Assembly: GCA_043228905.1 (NCBI GenBank)
Contig: JBHGNT010000017.1
Span: 1,860,001-1,924,000, forward strand
Origin: Azolla caroliniana
Taxonomy: Eukaryota; Plantae; Polypodiophyta
Reading direction: 5' to 3'
DNA: 64,000 bases
Shown here: positions 60,208-64,000 of the stretch, piece after piece
Position numbering within the stretch: the first letter of the stretch is position 1
Layout: every line of letters starts with the position of its first letter
Notes under the pieces: model-generated
Database searches by the model: none
What the model saw: only the letters and a program-made list of their open reading frames with translations
What the model was told of the DNA's origin: nothing
Translations under genes and position numbers: made by a program

Positions 60208-60699
60208 ACAATCATGACCAAAATGTTCTTCCTGGAAGGATAAATGATGAATAACAAAATATTCCGAGAGTGTCTCCGAATTCCTTATCTTCTGTAAGAT
60301 AAGTTAATTGAACCTTTCTAGTCGTTTGGGGTATCGGATGATTAATGTGGGCGGGATGGATATATGTATCTGTGTGGAATCCAAACATGGGGGAGTAAAA
60401 TTACTGAGCCGCGGGACATAGACATGGGAAATACGGTGATTCGCTGGGAAGGGCCCATAATAGATATATATACATACCGGTGTTTCGCTGGGAAGGGCCT
60501 AGCTGGTAGATAACTGCCCGTTTGCCTACATTCTCTTTACACCTATTGGTTGGGGTATGTATACCCGTGATTTTCTGCACCCGTATCATGGTACGAATTT
60601 GGCGGCATCTAGCATGTCCAGGAGTGTATAGACATGCCATGTGATGCTTCCTACCCGACTGATCTATAGATATATTTATGCCTCCATGTCCAATCCATG

Positions 60700-60730
<31 letters not shown>

Positions 60731-60880
60731 TTGCCTCCATTCTTTACTCCTTATATATATATGTAATGGTAGGGATCATAGATTGCTTGTGATGATGATG
60801 ATGATTATCTGTGTGGTCATGGTCACTGAAGATGTCGAGCCACCAATAGTTTGCGCTGCGTTTGATCCGATTGCTGAAAG

Positions 60881-61812
60881 TGATGGGGATATGGAGCAGA
60901 ATCGGGATGATTCGTAATACCAACTCAAGAATCAAAATAAACAACACCACAACACAAAAAGAGAGTACACCAAATTTTAACGTGCAAAACCCAAAAATTG
61001 GGAAAAACCACGGGAACCTTAGGTTCCAAAACAAATTCACTAATTTCTGAGTGTACAAGGCGTATATAGCCTCAAGAGTTTACTCTAGAGATATGCACTT
61101 ATATTTCAAGGCTACCGCCTTGGATACAATGTTCACCCTACCAAATAAGATAAACAACCAAAAGAAAAACCCAAAAGAAACACAAACAAGTAAACCTGTT
61201 ACGAGTAAACGGAAGAGTTGTTGTGGTCCAAACAGCACCTCACTAGATCTCCGTCTTTACACTTGCAACGATTTCTCGTTCTCGATCACCTTGTTCTCGA
61301 GCCCTTCACACTTGTTCACTTGTTCACTTCTGATTTCTTGTGTCTTCTTACACACCTCTTTTTGTCGAATCTCTGTTTTCAGCCTCTTAGATATGTTTTC
61401 TTATGCACTTCGTTTTTCTCTATCTTTCTCTGTCTTTCTCGAAGACTTCCCTCTCAGTTTTCTGTTTTTACTCTCTGTTTTTCACTCACAAAATCAGATT
61501 GTATCACACTTGTATATTCTCTGTTTTTTTTTCTGCACTCTCTTTCGTTGTCCCCGTTTTTTGCGTCTGCCCCTCTTCCCTCAGCCTTGTAGGGCAACGT
61601 CCTTTTTCGAATCTGTTTTCACACCTGAACAAAACAAAACAAAAAAGACACACGCCCAAAAACATACAAAAAAGAAAGAGAGGAAACATACATACATACA
61701 TATATATATTTATTTATTTATTTATTTAAATGTAACTAATTAGTTTTAAGTTGTATTCGGCGTTTAGCCGACTTAACATTGTGGGCTCCACTTGAGTGGA
61801 CAGGCCCCAACA
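60881..61812 (-). mobile_element. Solo LTR of the same family as 11281-12220
   Basis: TG..CA termini. Shared ends (GGGCTCCACTTGAGTGGACA..GCCCCAA; GAAAAACCACGGGAACC). Flanks GAAAG/AAAAG (4 of 5 TSD match). Confidence 0.8.
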
Positions 61813-62430
61813 AAAAGAAACGATCTCGTATGCATCATATAGGCTGCTACCGCAATCCCACATCTCACATTGATCAAGATCTGGAATTCTTGCTACAATT
61901 AACGAAAGTTTTCTTCAAGAAGGAGCAATAATTTAGAGTCCCCAAATTTCTTCTATATAAAGTACAATACGAATTGTTTAAACTTGGAAATTTGTAATTC
62001 ACCGGGGGATCAGTTGATGAATGTGGACGAATATATGAGTGGAAGCCAACACATGGGAAAGTAGAATTATTGAGTCGAGGGATCTGCGCAGGAACAGGTT
62101 ACGTTGGAGGCGACGTACACATGGGAAATACTGTATATATATATTATAGATACAGAGATACATCTCTATGCTCTGGTTAGGCCACTAATGTGGACCCAAC
62201 ACGCAAGTGTAAATAATACACGACCTGTTACCTGAAGAAGCAATGGGTAGTGTAGGGTTGTAGATAACTGCCCTAGGTACCCACATACACACATTGGTTG
62301 GGGTATATATACCCATGATTCTCATTGTAAGAATTTGGCCACATCTAGCATGTCGAGGTGTATGTATAGATACGCCACGGGATATTTCCTACCCGACTGA
62401 CCTACATAATGTGCCTACATATACAATCCA

Positions 62431-62507
<77 letters not shown>

Positions 62508-62929
62508 ATATTATTATATATATAGCCTTATCCATGTCCCTATCGTTTCTCTCTACAGTCTGTATACATCCATGAATCCTCTACCCCATCTATTTGTTAT
62601 TCAGATCACATATATCTACTCCTGTTACACCCATGTTTACCTTTGCCACACCACACGTGTACATTCCCACCCCCTGCCAAGGAAGCCATAAAAGAATAAC
62701 CACCTAACATTATGCCAAGGAATGGACACGATGTTTGATTGTTTAGAAAGATGTTAAGTTCACTGCGTCCGATCTGGTATTTCAATGTTCAACGTATAAT
62801 ATTCAGTGGTGGCCAATATGGTTAAGATCTCTCAATCTATTCGTCTACTTCGTCTCTTGTTTCTTTGCTCATCATTAGTTTGATCTATAATATTTGCTAA
62901 AAAATATATCAGTAAGTCCGTTAGCATGT

Positions 62930-63425
62930 ATGTATGCAAATGAATAGTTGTATTTGTGTGGATGTATGTGTGTGTGTTGAACGAATGGTTGTATGTATGA
63001 ATGAATGAATATATGTATGAATGTGTATCAATGGTTGTTTGAATGAGCATGTGTCCTATAGTTGTATTATGTATATATGTACGTATGAGTATGATTGAAT
63101 GGATGTGTGTATTGTTTTATGAATGTGGATAAATGTATGAATGAATGCATATATGTATGTGTACGAGTACGATTTAATATATTTGTGTTAACATGGAACA
63201 CTTGATGTATGTTTGCGTGTGTATGAATGAATGTTTGTATGTATAATTGATTGTATGAATATGTATATATATGTGTATGATTTAATGAATATGCATATGT
63301 ATAAATGTTTGTATTAATGTATGTGTGTATAATTGTATTAATGTATATATATGTGTGTATGATTGATTGTATGTATGTATATATGTGTATATATGCTTTG
63401 TGTGTGTGTGTGTGTATGTGTAGAT
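62930..63425. repeat. Low-complexity TGTA/TA/TG-rich tract
   Basis: Direct sequence. Longer than the paralogous tract at about 12720-12950. Confidence 0.8.
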
Positions 63426-63441
63426 TGTGGCATTGGGAAGT

Positions 63442-64000
63442 AGGGATCAGCAACAGTTCGGCTTAGGCTTAGCCGGTTTGGCCTGATCCAAGCCAAACCG
63501 GCTAAGCCTAAACTGTTTACGAGATCTCAAACTTGAGCTGAACCAAACCGAACCGGTTCATTAACTGGTTTAGGCTGAACCAGTTTAGTAAACGGCTTGG
63601 AAACCTCCCTCTCTCTTTCTCTCTCTCTCTCCCTACCTCCCTCTCTCTCTCAGATGATCCACTATATACTATATAGTATACATTGTACAAGCTCTCCCTC
63701 CCACTCTCTCTCTCATGTCTGTGGTCTCGACTCTCTCTCTCTCTCTCCTCGTCTGTGTAGTTCTCCCTCCCTCACTCTCTCTCTCTCCCATCGTCTGTTT
63801 AGTCTCCCTCACTCACACACTCTCTCTTTCCCTTGTCTATTGTCTCCCTCCCTCTCTCTCCCCCTCTCTCTAAAGTTTATAAACAACTTAAGCTGGTTTG
63901 GCGAGGCTCAAGCCAAGCCGACCTCAAACCGTTAAGGCAACTTCAAGCCTAAACCGAGCCGAGCTGCTAAGCCGCTTTAAGTCGGCTAAGCCCAACAGTT
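63442..64000. mobile_element. hAT-type MITE running to the window edge
   Basis: Starts TAGGGATCAGCAACAG, with AACCG/GGCTT subterminal motifs at both ends and a CT-rich core. Absent at the paralogous site near 12970. Confidence 0.7.

Larger units (their letters stand above)
58620..63440 (+). repeat. Segmental duplication block, copy 2
   Basis: Collinear with 7090-12975, with different insertions. Confidence 0.85.

Noticed and set aside
61855-61866. USE-like ATCCCACATCT
   Set aside because: No properly spaced TATA box or recognisable snRNA follows.
61051-63935. ORFs 61051-61743, 63067-63453 and 63597-63935
   Set aside because: They derive from a solo LTR and from low-complexity or microsatellite DNA.

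Overview
Repeat-rich nuclear DNA of a land plant, probably a non-seed plant such as a fern (inferred from the element types, not proven). The one intact host protein gene is a single-exon 1210-aa LRR receptor-like protein (14091-17723, +). Four spliceosomal snRNA loci are present: U2 (+, 8449), U1 (-, 9683), a U1 variant (+, 56462) and a second U2 (+, 60003). They lie in a diverged segmental duplication (about 7.1-13.0 kb vs 58.6-63.4 kb). A complete hAT transposon (956-5313; 21-bp TIRs, 8-bp TSD) carries a decayed ubiquitin-RPS27a gene copy. The centre (19745-50208) is a fully resolvable nest. An old hAT remnant is split by Gypsy A. A contains a solo LTR, an intact Copia D and Gypsy B, and B is itself split by an intact relative, Gypsy C. 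The most unusual signals are: (1) Gypsy A has tRNA-Arg-like PBS sequences at both ends of its internal domain and no polypurine tract; (2) the three USE-bearing U1/U2 promoters all have a short 22-bp USE-TATA spacing, like angiosperm Pol III promoters; (3) the GC-rich B/C Gypsy family makes 4-bp CG-centred TSDs, uses tRNA-Trp and has a conserved -1 frameshift/pseudoknot signal; (4) host gene capture by the hAT element.
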